Positions 52,500 through 62,903 of a DNA stretch of 64,000 nt are shown one piece after another. Source of the DNA: an uncultured Gammaproteobacteria bacterium (GTDB lineage: Bacteria; Pseudomonadota; Gammaproteobacteria; UBA9214); NCBI GenBank assembly GCA_963748215.1, contig CAVVHS010000004.1, forward strand, positions 1 to 64,000. Reading direction: 5' to 3'. Every line of letters starts with the position of its first letter. Position 1 is the stretch's first letter. The notes under the pieces are model-generated. The model did no database searches. It was given only the letters and a program-made list of their open reading frames with translations, and was not told the DNA's origin. Both the position numbers and the translations under genes were made by a program.

Positions 52500-53722
52500 A
52501 ATGCCGACACTGCGGCGCGTCGCTCGATCTGCCGCTGGTCGACCTGGGCAGCGCCCCCCCGTCCAACGCCTACCTCACGGAACAGGCACTGCATGCCCCG
52601 GAACTCTGGTTTCCCCTGCGGGTACTGGTATGCGAGAACTGCTGGCTGGTGCAAACCGAGGATTTTTCCCGGGCTGACGAGTTGTTCGATGCCGAATACG
52701 CCTACTTCAGCGGTTTCTCGAGCAGCTGGCTGACTCATTGCGAACGCTATGTCAACGACATGGCAGCGCGCTTTGCGCTGGACACCAACAGTCATGTGGT
52801 CGAAATCGCCGCCAACGACGGTTACCTGCTGCAATACGTCAAGGCACGCGAAATCCCCTGCACCGGCGTGGAACCAACCGCAAGTACTGCCGCCGCCGCA
52901 CGCGCCAGGGGCATCCCGATCGTCGAGGACTTCTTCGGGGTGCGGCTGGCGCAGGAGCTGGCCGCCAATGGCAAGCAGGCCGACCTGACCGCGGCCAACA
53001 ACGTGCTGGCGCACGTGCCGGACATCAACGATTTCGTGGCAGGCTTCGCCGTATTGTTAAAGCCGCACGGTGTCGCCACCTTCGAGTTTCCGCACCTGTT
53101 GCGCCTGATCAGCGAAAGCCAGTTCGACACTATCTACCACGAACACTTCTCCTACCTGTCACTCACCGCGGTCCGCCGCATCTTTGCCGCAGCCGGGCTT
53201 GACATGTTCGACGTGGAAGAACACCCCACCCACGGCGGCAGCCTGCGCGTGTTCGCACAGCGCAGCGATACCGGACAGCACCCGCACAGTGAACATGTCG
53301 ATGAACTGCTGCTGCGGGAGAAACAGGCCGGCCTGTGCAGTGCTGATTTCTACCGCGGCTTTCAGGCGAAGACTGATCGGATCAAGAATGACTTCCTGGC
53401 TTTTCTGATCGAGGCCAGGCGCCAGGACAAGACGGTGGCGGCCTACGGTGCCGCCGCCAAGGGCAATACCCTGATGAACTATGCCGGCATCCGCCCGGAC
53501 CTTGTCGCGTACGTGGCGGACCGCAACCCGGCCAAACAGGGCAAATACATGCCCGGCAGCCGGATCCCCATCGTCGACGAGGCAGGCCTGCAGACTGCCC
53601 GGCCGGATTACGTGGTATTACTGCCGTGGAATCTCAAGACAGAGCTGATGGAACAGCTCGATTACATTCGGGACTGGGGCGGAAAGTTCGTCATCGCCGT
53701 ACCCCGTCTGGAGCTGTTATGA
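52496..53722 (+). CDS. NDP-hexose C-methyltransferase
   Basis: CRHC zinc site, EIAANDG, NNVLAH, FDTIYHEH, YGAAAKG. Confidence 0.88.
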   Translation: MKCRHCGASLDLPLVDLGSAPPSNAYLTEQALHAPELWFPLRVLVCENCWLVQTEDFSRADELFDAEYAYFSGFSSSWLTHCERYVNDMAARFALDTNSHVVEIAANDGYLLQYVKAREIPCTGVEPTASTAAAARARGIPIVEDFFGVRLAQELAANGKQADLTAANNVLAHVPDINDFVAGFAVLLKPHGVATFEFPHLLRLISESQFDTIYHEHFSYLSLTAVRRIFAAAGLDMFDVEEHPTHGGSLRVFAQRSDTGQHPHSEHVDELLLREKQAGLCSADFYRGFQAKTDRIKNDFLAFLIEARRQDKTVAAYGAAAKGNTLMNYAGIRPDLVAYVADRNPAKQGKYMPGSRIPIVDEAGLQTARPDYVVLLPWNLKTELMEQLDYIRDWGGKFVIAVPRLELL

Positions 53723-53772
53723 ACACGCGCATTCACTACACGAAGCCGTCGATCACCGAACTCGAGATCGGC
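53719..53772 (+). pseudogene. N-terminal stub of a DegT/DnrJ-type sugar aminotransferase
   Basis: Coupled to the upstream gene by ATGA; MNTRIHYTKPSITELEI resembles starts of these aminotransferases (from memory), then similarity stops. Confidence 0.55.
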
Positions 53773-53972
53773 AATTCCGTGCCGAAGTGCAAACCAACAG
53801 TACCGGCACAACAGCATCGATCTTTAATACAAGATGGAGATGACCCGATTGGCGACCGTGCAAGCCAGACTTGCGGCGTATTGAAGTGAATGAAACAGGT
53901 TATATTATGTTAGATTCCTGAAGGCACGGTTTGTACCGGAGCAACAATGATGCAGACACAACCAGAATATTC

Positions 53973-54818
53973 ATGAAAATTGCAGTTACTGGAGCCAATG
54001 GGTTTATCGGTCGGCATGTGCTTGCTGAATTAGCAAAGCATCCAGTTGAGATTACATCTATCGTAAGACGCTTATCTACTTCACCGCCCGAATCAACAAG
54101 TATAAAAATAATCGAGCTGGACATTCACCACAGCCCTGCAAATGCATATGAACTCCTGGGACACCCTGATGCTCTTATACATCTGGCATGGAGTGGATTG
54201 CCGAATTACAGATCACTTCATCACTTCGAGCAAGAACTACAGAAGCAGTATCAATTTTTGCGACGTCTCGTTATGTCTGGCCTCCGGACATTAGTTGTAG
54301 CGGGAACCTGTCTTGAATATGGCATGCAATCAGGTGTACTGAATGAAGACATGGCGGCCCACCCTAACACCCCTTATGGATTTGCCAAGGATGTACTACG
54401 GCAGCAACTTGAATACTTGCAACAAACACATTCTTTTTCATTGACATGGGCGCGATTATTCTACGTCTATGGCGAGGGACAATCTGGGAATTCGCTGCTT
54501 CCACAATTGCGGAGCGCGGTTGATCAGGGAGAGAAAGTCTTCAACATGTCCGGCGGCAAGCAGTTACGGGATTATTTGCATGTTTCAGAAGTAGCGAAAT
54601 CCCTTGTTTCATTGGCGATCAGTGGTGAAAACATCGGTATAATAAACATCTGCTCTGGAACGCCGATCTCTGTTCAAACACTGGTTGAGAAATGGATCAA
54701 GGATAACAATTGGGAGATCAACCTCAACCTGGGCCATTACCCCTACCCCGATTATGAGCCAATGGAATTCTGGGGAGACAGGCGCAAGCTGGATAGCTAC
54801 CTGAAGCCTGCAAAATGA
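53973..54818 (+). CDS. NAD-dependent epimerase/reductase
   Basis: TGANGFIG, HLAW, YGFAK, RLFYVYG. Confidence 0.88.
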   Translation: MKIAVTGANGFIGRHVLAELAKHPVEITSIVRRLSTSPPESTSIKIIELDIHHSPANAYELLGHPDALIHLAWSGLPNYRSLHHFEQELQKQYQFLRRLVMSGLRTLVVAGTCLEYGMQSGVLNEDMAAHPNTPYGFAKDVLRQQLEYLQQTHSFSLTWARLFYVYGEGQSGNSLLPQLRSAVDQGEKVFNMSGGKQLRDYLHVSEVAKSLVSLAISGENIGIINICSGTPISVQTLVEKWIKDNNWEINLNLGHYPYPDYEPMEFWGDRRKLDSYLKPAK

Positions 54819-55894
54819 ACATCTCTAATCTCAAGGAACTCTACAAAGCAGACAGGCTGCCCGTATTCCAGAATCATATGTTTAATACACATGAAGAGGC
54901 GATCAACTGTGTAACGGGTGACATGCTACTGGCCCAGAATCTGGAAACGGGTTTGATTTCCAACCAGGCTTTTAATCCAGAGTTGATGCAATACGATGCC
55001 GGCTATCAAAATGAACAGGCCCACAGCAATATTTTCCAAAAACATTTGCACGATGTTGTAAATGTAATACAACGGAATTTCCAGAATGCCACACTGATTG
55101 AAGTTGGTTGTGGCAAGGGCTATTTTCTTGAACAACTTCAATCTCTGGGATTTACAATAACCGGCCTGGATCCTGCTTATGAGGGCAATAATCCAGATAT
55201 TATTAAAGAATACTTTACCCCCTTTACCGGGTTACAGGCGAATGGACTTATTTTGCGCCATGTTCTTGAACATGTGCGGAACCCGGTGGAATTTCTTGTC
55301 AATCTCCGCGATGCAAATGGCAGCCAGGGCCAAATTTATATTGAAGTACCCTGTTTCGACTGGATTTGCCAGCATCGTGCCTGGTTTGACGTGTTCTATG
55401 AACATGTAAATTATTTCCGCCTCTCTGATTTCAAACGCATGTTTAGTCATATTCATGAGGCAGGACATCTTTTCGGAGGACAATATATTTATGTTGTTGC
55501 CGATCTTGCAAGCATCCATGAGCCTATCAGGGACAAATCTGACAACTTCATTTTCCCAGCTGACTTCCTTGACTCAGTTGATGAATTTTCGCGCACGATA
55601 AAAACCCATGGCAATAGTTCAGTGGTATGGGGAGCCGCGTCAAAAGGAGTTATTTTTTCGCTTTTCATGCAAAGAGCCGAGGCAAACATTAACTTCGTTG
55701 TCGACATAAACCCTGCAAAGCAGGGCAGGTTCCTGGCCGCTACAGGTTTAAGGGTCGAGGCACCGGAAACGATAATTGATCGACTCGAGGCAGATGCACA
55801 CATATTCGTTATGAATGGCAATTACCTTCCCGAAATCAAAAAGCTAACCAATAACCAGTTTAACTATATCACGGTGGATCATGAAAGCATTTGA
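54815..55894 (+). CDS. Class I SAM methyltransferase
   Basis: EVGCGKG, RHVLEH, YEHVNYF, WGAASKG. Confidence 0.85.
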   Translation: MNISNLKELYKADRLPVFQNHMFNTHEEAINCVTGDMLLAQNLETGLISNQAFNPELMQYDAGYQNEQAHSNIFQKHLHDVVNVIQRNFQNATLIEVGCGKGYFLEQLQSLGFTITGLDPAYEGNNPDIIKEYFTPFTGLQANGLILRHVLEHVRNPVEFLVNLRDANGSQGQIYIEVPCFDWICQHRAWFDVFYEHVNYFRLSDFKRMFSHIHEAGHLFGGQYIYVVADLASIHEPIRDKSDNFIFPADFLDSVDEFSRTIKTHGNSSVVWGAASKGVIFSLFMQRAEANINFVVDINPAKQGRFLAATGLRVEAPETIIDRLEADAHIFVMNGNYLPEIKKLTNNQFNYITVDHESI

Positions 55895-56648
55895 ACAAGA
55901 AGCACAGGAACGGATCAACGCAAATGAGAAAGACCGCGCACTGATGAAAAGCGCCGCTTCATTTATGCAAGCATCAATCATCCAACAATATTCTTACAAT
56001 TTTTCCTGGCTCGGCCGCCCTGTCATCCAGTATCCACAGGATATCGTGGCCATGCAGGAACTGATCTGGACTATCAGGCCCGACCTGATCATCGAAACCG
56101 GTATCGCCCATGGCGGCTCACTGATATTCAGCGCCTCGATGCTGGCCCTGCTGGACATGGCTGAAGCCATCGAGACCTCCAGCACCATCGATCCCGGCAC
56201 TTCCCGGCGCAAGGTATTGGGAATAGACATTGACATACGCGCCCACAACCGCGCAGCCATAGAAGCCCACCCGATGGCCTCCCGAATCCAGATGATCCAG
56301 GGCTCCAGCATCGCACCGGAAATTATTGAACAGATCAATCAAGTGGCATCGAACTACAAGCGCGTCCTTGTCTGCCTCGACTCCAACCACACCCACGAAC
56401 ATGTGCTGGCGGAACTGGAAGCCTATGCACCACTAACGTCGCCCGGAAGTTACTGCGTGGTATTCGATACTATCGTCGAGGATATGCCTGCCGAGCTGTT
56501 CCCCGACCGCCCCTGGGGACCGGGAAACAACCCGAAAACAGCTATCAGGGAATATCTCAAAAGCCACCCGGAATTTGAAGTCGACAAGAGCATTGAGCAT
56601 AAATTATTGATTACGGTGGCGCCCGATGGATACCTGAAAAGGGTATAA
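55881..56648 (+). CDS. CmcI/cephalosporin hydroxylase-family (rhamnosyl O-methyltransferase-like)
   Basis: WLGRPVIQYPQD, IETGIAHGGS, LDSNHTH. Confidence 0.88.
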   Translation: MKAFEQEAQERINANEKDRALMKSAASFMQASIIQQYSYNFSWLGRPVIQYPQDIVAMQELIWTIRPDLIIETGIAHGGSLIFSASMLALLDMAEAIETSSTIDPGTSRRKVLGIDIDIRAHNRAAIEAHPMASRIQMIQGSSIAPEIIEQINQVASNYKRVLVCLDSNHTHEHVLAELEAYAPLTSPGSYCVVFDTIVEDMPAELFPDRPWGPGNNPKTAIREYLKSHPEFEVDKSIEHKLLITVAPDGYLKRV

Positions 56649-56710
56649 CGAGAAAATCAATAGCGCCGCTTTTCACAATACAATACCGCCGAATTCCTGA
56701 TCATCGTTTT

Positions 56711-57634
56711 ATGAAAAACGGGCTAACGATCGGCATTCCCGTATACAACGAGGAAGAACGCATCGAAAAAGCCATTCGATGTGCTGCAGATCAGTGCGAA
56801 AGACTGATTGTCGCCGACAACGCCTCTACCGACGACACCGGCGCTGTATGCAAACGGCTGCTGCAACAATTCCCGAACATGAAATATATCCGCAACCCGG
56901 AGAACGTCGGCGCAATAAATAACTGGTTTCGCATACTGGAAAATACCGAAACACCCTACATTATGTTCCTGGGGAGTCACGACCATATCGAAAACAACTA
57001 CGTCGGAAAAGTCCTGGCGGCCCTTGAAAACGATGAATCCATTGAAGTCGCGACAGGCGAGCTGTATTTCGATTATGGCATGCGGGAAGAACCAGTCTCT
57101 TCATACAACAACTGGACCGGCGGCATGGATCAGAACGCGTACTCCAGAGTTCGCGCCTTTCTATTCGACCGCGCACATCTTGCCTGGGGCGCTTATGGCA
57201 TTTATAGAACTTCATCGTTCAGACAATGTTTCACAGACGACCTGCCTGAGTATGGCGTTGACATCATCTTCCTGACGAGAATACTGAATATTGGCCGTTT
57301 CATTATTGTCAAAGGGACAGGTTTTCATGCCTGGATACGCAACGAGAAAGACGCAAAGACCGATTACCTGGAGCGTGTTGTCGCAAAAAAACATGCGTCA
57401 AACGAAAGATTGCAGATGCGCAACGATTTCCGCGTGGCCCAGCATCAGGGAATAATGAATTTCTTTCCGTCGGCAGGCTTTCTGAAAAAGCTGGCGCTTC
57501 GATATGAGTCCATGGTGCGTTTTGGCACATTCAGGAAACCGGGACTTGATACCCTGTTTTTCCTGCTCTACATACCGGTCAAGCTGGTCCGCAAATTCGA
57601 CCGTGCATCCCGCCGGGCACAACACGATAGCTGA
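56711..57634 (+). CDS. Glycosyltransferase family 2
   Basis: IGIPVYN, DNASTD, NVGAINN. Confidence 0.85.
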   Translation: MKNGLTIGIPVYNEEERIEKAIRCAADQCERLIVADNASTDDTGAVCKRLLQQFPNMKYIRNPENVGAINNWFRILENTETPYIMFLGSHDHIENNYVGKVLAALENDESIEVATGELYFDYGMREEPVSSYNNWTGGMDQNAYSRVRAFLFDRAHLAWGAYGIYRTSSFRQCFTDDLPEYGVDIIFLTRILNIGRFIIVKGTGFHAWIRNEKDAKTDYLERVVAKKHASNERLQMRNDFRVAQHQGIMNFFPSAGFLKKLALRYESMVRFGTFRKPGLDTLFFLLYIPVKLVRKFDRASRRAQHDS

Positions 57635-57660
57635 AAATACCGCTTCCAAACCGTCAAGCC

Positions 57661-58728
57661 CTAGCGACCGGGATAGCACTCCAGTGGCCAGACGTAGGCA
57701 TGTGAAAACGGCATTCCTAGCGTCGCCTCGATCATGTACTGCGACACGAGTCGCTCGTTGAACTCACGGTGCGCCAGTTCGTAACCGGTTCCGGCAATCT
57801 TCTGTCGCTCGGCATCATGCTGCGCATAGAAGCGCAGCTTATCGATGAAGTCATCGGCCCCGCCCACCTCGACCAGCGCATCCGGGCCATACAGCTCGCC
57901 AAGACTGAAGGCACTGGTCGAGAACACCAGCAGGCCGTTGCCCATGAACAGGCCGATACGGTCCGAGGAGTAAAGGTACAGCTCGCCGCCCGGTCCGGAT
58001 TTCGCCGCTGCGGTACGCTGGCTGAAGTTGAGACCGATTTTCGCCTCGCCAAGGGCACGCATGAACGCCGCACCGTACAGTGGCTTGCCGACTCCAAGAC
58101 CGTGCGCGGAGCACCGCACTTCGGGAAGCCGTTCCTGAATCAGCAACGGCGCACGCCCGCGCAGGTCCCCGGGATCACTCCAGTCGGATACGTGCCCCGC
58201 GAAAAACACGTCAAACGCCTGGTCCGTCCGCTCGTGGCAACGATGGACATCGATGCTGCTGTCCACGGCGTTGGGGATGAATGACACAGCTGATCTCGAT
58301 CCGGCAATACATGCAATCACCGGTCCGGCCGTGGTTACAAAGGCATGGTCCAGCACGTCTGCCTTGCTGCGCGCATCGTGAACATTATCAGAAATGAACA
58401 GGGCGTCGATGTAATACTGGAAGATCGCCACGTTCGGTAGAATGCGCCGCGCCTCGGCCAGTGTCTCCGGTTTGATAATATCCGCCGAACACAAGGCAAT
58501 CACATCCGGCTCGAAGTTCCGACACACCTCCAGGAACTTGCGGTTGCAGGCACCCACCCCTGTCTTGCGGCTGCCGAACAGGGATGAGTAACGCGCCATG
58601 TCACGGTCACTGAACCAGTAGACCTCGTGATTGTTGCGGATAAAGCCGTTGTTGATCCGCACCGGCAGGAAGTAGTTGCGGGCACCCAGGGATTTCATGT
58701 GGGTATGTGAGGCGTGCAGGATTCTCAT
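57661..58728 (-). CDS. CgeB/Glyco_trans_1_2-like glycosyltransferase
   Basis: NGFIRN, FIPNAVD, KIGLNFS, YSSDR. Confidence 0.75.
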   Translation of the reverse strand: MRILHASHTHMKSLGARNYFLPVRINNGFIRNNHEVYWFSDRDMARYSSLFGSRKTGVGACNRKFLEVCRNFEPDVIALCSADIIKPETLAEARRILPNVAIFQYYIDALFISDNVHDARSKADVLDHAFVTTAGPVIACIAGSRSAVSFIPNAVDSSIDVHRCHERTDQAFDVFFAGHVSDWSDPGDLRGRAPLLIQERLPEVRCSAHGLGVGKPLYGAAFMRALGEAKIGLNFSQRTAAAKSGPGGELYLYSSDRIGLFMGNGLLVFSTSAFSLGELYGPDALVEVGGADDFIDKLRFYAQHDAERQKIAGTGYELAHREFNERLVSQYMIEATLGMPFSHAYVWPLECYPGR

Positions 58729-58874
58729 GGCCGGTTCCGTGTGTGTTCTGCGCGTCTGTCAGCAGCGGCATTCACGACGACACAGCTGTTTCCTTCACAG
58801 GTATCGCGGGATGCAGAATTGCGGATGCGACGTGGACAGGGAGGACAGAAATCAGACAGGCGTCCTGCCTTCAT

Positions 58875-58910
58875 CCCCTCTCCCCAACCCTCTCCCGGAG
58901 GGAGAGGGAG
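58875..58910. repeat. CCCTCTCCC...GGGAGAGGG palindromic element
   Basis: CCCCTCTCCCCAACCCTCTCCCGGAGGGAGAGGGAG. Confidence 0.7.
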
Positions 58911-58927
58911 CATGCTGGTCAGCAGCG

Positions 58928-59989
58928 TCATGATGACAAGCCCGCCAGCAGACCGGACAACTGGTCACGCAGCACCGTCCTGGAAAAATACTGCCGGCTG
59001 GTTTGCGCCGCGGCCTCGCCCAGCGCGGGCAGCCGGTTGGGTGCCGCCGCCAGCCGCGCCACCTGCTTCGCCAGCGCGTGCGCATCCCCGGCCGATACCC
59101 AGACCAGCCCGCTGTCATCAGCATCAGTCAGCGCCGCCGGGTAGGCCTCCGAACTGCACGTCACGACGGGCCGGCCGCAGGCCAGCGCCTGGTAGACCTT
59201 GTTGGGAATGACCCGGCCCGCCTTCGGTGTCGTGCCGAAGATGCCGAGCAGGATGTCGGCCTGCCGGATGCGTGCCGGCAATTCCTCGTAGGGCAGCCAG
59301 TCCTCGAAGCGGACGTTGGTCAGCGCCGCAGCCGCCGCCTCGCACCGCTTGCGCAGCGGGCCCTGCCCGAGCAGCGTCCGACTCTGCGGCGGCCCCTGGT
59401 ACTGGCGGGCCGCCTCGACCACGACCTGCGGCCCCTGCAGCGGGATGAAGCTGCCGAAGAACAGCGCCTCCAGCGGTTGATCGCCACGCAGCGGGGCGGC
59501 CGGACCGGGCCGGAACAGGGCCGCCTCGGCACCGACATAGACCACTGCGAGCCGCGTCCTGTCCACCCCGAGCACTTGCGCGAAATAATCGACATGCGCA
59601 GGCGTATCGGCCAGCACACGATCGGCGCGCTGGAATTGCGTCCGCTCCCTGACCAGCAGCTTCCTGACCGCGCGCGCACTGCCGGGCGCGATCTTGCCCC
59701 GCTCGTCGACCTGCTTGTCATAGGCGGAGATGAGCGGATCGAAAACCAGCGGCACGCCCTGGCGCCGCGCCCAGCGACTCGCCGCCGCCAGGTCGCGCTG
59801 ACGAAAACACGGCACCCAGACCAGGTCGGGGCGCGGGATGCGTCGCAGGTGTGCCTCCAGGTCACCCGGCGCGCTGAGCCGGGGATGAAAATCCCGGACC
59901 TCCCAGCCCAGCTCGCCGAACAGCTGGCGCAGGATGCGGTTGCGGGAATAGCCGGGATCGAATCGTCCCCACCAGAGTACCGTGTTCAT
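58928..59989 (-). CDS. Glycosyltransferase (GT4-like)
   Basis: YSRNRI, FDPLISAYD, LGIFG, VIPNKVYQALA. Confidence 0.85.
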   Translation of the reverse strand: MNTVLWWGRFDPGYSRNRILRQLFGELGWEVRDFHPRLSAPGDLEAHLRRIPRPDLVWVPCFRQRDLAAASRWARRQGVPLVFDPLISAYDKQVDERGKIAPGSARAVRKLLVRERTQFQRADRVLADTPAHVDYFAQVLGVDRTRLAVVYVGAEAALFRPGPAAPLRGDQPLEALFFGSFIPLQGPQVVVEAARQYQGPPQSRTLLGQGPLRKRCEAAAAALTNVRFEDWLPYEELPARIRQADILLGIFGTTPKAGRVIPNKVYQALACGRPVVTCSSEAYPAALTDADDSGLVWVSAGDAHALAKQVARLAAAPNRLPALGEAAAQTSRQYFSRTVLRDQLSGLLAGLSS

Positions 59990-61126
59990 GGCGAGCCGCT
60001 GCCCGCGTCCCCGTCTGCCAGCTGCCGGTACAGGTCCAGCGTCCTGTCCAGCATGTCATCGAGGGTGTAGGCATTGCCCGGCGGCACGGCTGACGGTGTC
60101 TCGAGGAGTTGCGCCGTGCGCTCCAGCAACCCGGAGGTATCGCCGCGCGCCACCTTGCCCGCGGGGTAGAGCGCATCGAGGATCTCTCCCACGCCGCCGT
60201 GTGCGTAACCGATCACCGGCACACCGAGGCTGAGCGCCTCGAGTACCGTCCTGCCAAAGGATTCCGGCTTGTTCGACAGGGACAGGACGATATCCGAAAA
60301 CGCATAAACCTCGCGGATGTCCCTGCGCTGCCCGGTGAACGTGATGCGAGCCGCCATCCGCCTGTCATCAACGAGCTGTTGCAGTTCCCTGATGTAGGAT
60401 TGCCGCCCCGGATCGAGATGACCCACAATCAGGCCATGCACATCGTGACCCTGCGCCACCAGGGCCGCGATCAGCCCGATGAAATCCTCATGTCCCTTCA
60501 GGCGCGTCAGCCGCCCCGGCAGCGTCAGCACCCGGCGTCCCTTCAACAACGGGTACTGGCCATACCATGCGTCCAGCCAGTCCACATCGGGCCGGTAGCC
60601 GTACGGGAACTCGGCCCGGTCCACGCCGCGGTGGATGGTGACGACGCGCTGCGGATCGACAGCCGGGTAATTGTCGAGGATGTAGTTGCGCACCGTGTCC
60701 GACACGGCAATCACGCGCTCGCCGCGGGTCATGATTGCGCTGTAGCGGTTGACCGAGTAAAGCCCGTGCACGGTCGTGACGAAACGCGGCCGCCCGGCAG
60801 CCGGCAGGCCACGCCAGGCCAGCCAGGCGACCCACGCCGGCAGGCGCGAACGCGCATGCAGGATATCCACGCCCTGCTCGCGCAACAGCCGGCGCAACGG
60901 ACGCACCTGCAACAGCGTGGCCAGCGATTTCCTGCCCACCGGCAGACTGATATGCGTCGGACCCCGCCGCGATCAGGGCCTCGACCAGCCGGCCGCCGGC
61001 CGATACCACGAGCGAACGATGGCCTGCCGCGACCAGCGCCGCCGCCACTTCCAGCGTGCCACGCTCCACACCGCCGCTTTCCAGCGCCGGCAGGATCTGC
61101 AGCACCGTCAGTCTGCGCCCAGCCAT
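59986..61126 (-). CDS. Glycosyltransferase family 4 (+1 frameshift near 60958)
   Basis: [37 protein letters not shown]. Confidence 0.85.
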
Positions 61127-62088
61127 CGTTCCGCTATCCAGGCGGCACAGCGTGCCGCCTCGTCGAAGGGTTCAGCCGGTGGCTGCAACGCTTTGCCCTG
61201 CTGCCAGGTGTCGAATGCCGTGACCAGCCCGTCCCGCAACAGCTGCGCCACCCCACGCGCCAGGCGGTCACGTTCGTTGCGCCATGGCACCGAGAGCAGC
61301 CCGACCGCGGCACCCGCGGTCAGGGCCTCGTACACCATGGACACGCTGTCCTGCGTGACCCAGACCCGCGCCGCCCGGGCCAGCTGCTCCGGCAGCCAGT
61401 CGGGGCCGGTCTGGTCGCAGGGTACAACCGTCAGTTGCGGCACATCCGTGTCGAGCTGTGCCAGGAAATCCGCCGGCGTACGGCGCGAGGTGGTCAGCGT
61501 CCAGCGCACGTCGGGCGTGCGCGACAGCACGGCATCGATCTGCCCGGCCACCGCCGTACCGGACCATGTCACGTGCTCGGACGGGCCACCGACCAGGATC
61601 AGCCCGGCGCGCTCGTCCTTTGCCGCGTCGCGCCGGACCCGGTTCAGCACGCCGCGCGTGACCAGGATGTTCTCCCTGTGAGTCGTCCGGTCATGCGCGG
61701 GTATCACGCACAGGTCGAACCAGGCGGTCGGCAGGGTCGGTTTCATCAATACCACGACCCTGCCGCCGCGTACCCGGCGGGCATTGAGCATGGGCAGGTG
61801 CGTGGCATGACCCGCGCCGATGATCAGGTCCGGGTCGGGCGCTTCCAGCCTGGACGCCGTGCGCCCTGTCAGGCAGGCCACCAGCCCGGCCCGGCAATCC
61901 ACAATCTGTATCGGAAAATCATCGACGGGGACGTGCGTACGCAAGGCTGCCAGCAAACCCTGTGTCTGATTGTCGTGGCCGGGCTTGCCATCCGTGAAAC
62001 GCCAGACGATCAGCGGGCGGCGTTCAGGGGATGCGTGGATGAGGGGTCGCCTGACGGCAGCGCCGGATTCAGGAATGCGCGCGGCCAA
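61108..62088 (-). CDS. ELM1/GtrOC1 family protein (start uncertain)
   Basis: [33 protein letters not shown]. Confidence 0.85.
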   Translation of the reverse strand: MAARIPESGAAVRRPLIHASPERRPLIVWRFTDGKPGHDNQTQGLLAALRTHVPVDDFPIQIVDCRAGLVACLTGRTASRLEAPDPDLIIGAGHATHLPMLNARRVRGGRVVVLMKPTLPTAWFDLCVIPAHDRTTHRENILVTRGVLNRVRRDAAKDERAGLILVGGPSEHVTWSGTAVAGQIDAVLSRTPDVRWTLTTSRRTPADFLAQLDTDVPQLTVVPCDQTGPDWLPEQLARAARVWVTQDSVSMVYEALTAGAAVGLLSVPWRNERDRLARGVAQLLRDGLVTAFDTWQQGKALQPPAEPFDEAARCAAWIAERWLGAD

Positions 62089-62096
62089 GGCCGCGC

Positions 62097-62327
62097 CTAC
62101 GCTTTACGTGCATCAACAAGGGTATAGTCGGCGCCGCAATAGGGGCACTTGGCCTTGCCGGTTGTTTCTATAGGCAGGTAGACACGCGGGTGGGAGTCCC
62201 ACAGGCTCATCCCGTCCAACGGACAATGCAGGGGCAGGTCCGCCCGGGTCACTTCGTAGTGGTTCTCGGCATTCGGCTCGACGTAGGCCTGCTCGCCGGA
62301 CGCATCCGCGGTATGTGGATTTGGCAC
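62097..62327 (-). CDS. Zinc-finger CHCC domain protein
   Basis: LPLHCP...SHPRVYL...CPYCG. Confidence 0.85.
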   Translation of the reverse strand: MPNPHTADASGEQAYVEPNAENHYEVTRADLPLHCPLDGMSLWDSHPRVYLPIETTGKAKCPYCGADYTLVDARKA

Positions 62328-62423
62328 TGTGTTCTCCTGCGGCCTGGCCTGCCAGGCAATGAATACCGCGCAATTATGGCATGATAGCGCGGCCGGAATC
62401 ACTAGCCTGCATTTCTCACCGGG

Positions 62424-62701
62424 ATCCCGAATGCTGGCGCAGGGCTCGTATGTCCGGACGCCGCTCTGGAATGAAAGACCCGCTCGAGGCGCAGAGCAGG
62501 GGCCCCGGCGTAGCCGGGGATGCGACCGCCGGTGGGCGGGATGTCGCTTCGAATGCCACTGCGGGTCTTCGCTCCACCGGGGGTCAGATCCCCACCGCTG
62601 CGCGGCGGGGCCCCTCTTCCGCCCCTCGAAGCGATGCAGCCGTAGCTACCACTTGAGTGAAGAGCAAGTACGGGCGTGCGAGAACCAGCCAGGGCCGGGA
62701 T
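62424..62701 (+). ncRNA. Candidate structured RNA of unknown family
   Basis: 5' and 3' ends close a long irregular helix with G-U pairs; several nested stems (see findings). Confidence 0.5.
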
Positions 62702-62903
62702 AGGCAGCGGCCAATGACAGACTGTTCATTGCCGAATGGGTATTAGCTTCATGGTTTCAGCTCATTACGTTGGATAACCGCCGCCCGGCGAGAAATGCGG
62801 GCTAGCTGCCGGCATTGCGCCCAACCGGGCTGTATAATCGCCTGCGGCAATAAAATCAGGCCCATAGCGGAACGCACCCGACCCCTGGACCAACCATACA
62901 GGC

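Noticed and set aside
62555-62700. Cobalamin riboswitch (GCCACTG, AGCCAG)
   Set aside because: Other core motifs are missing and the downstream gene is unrelated to B12
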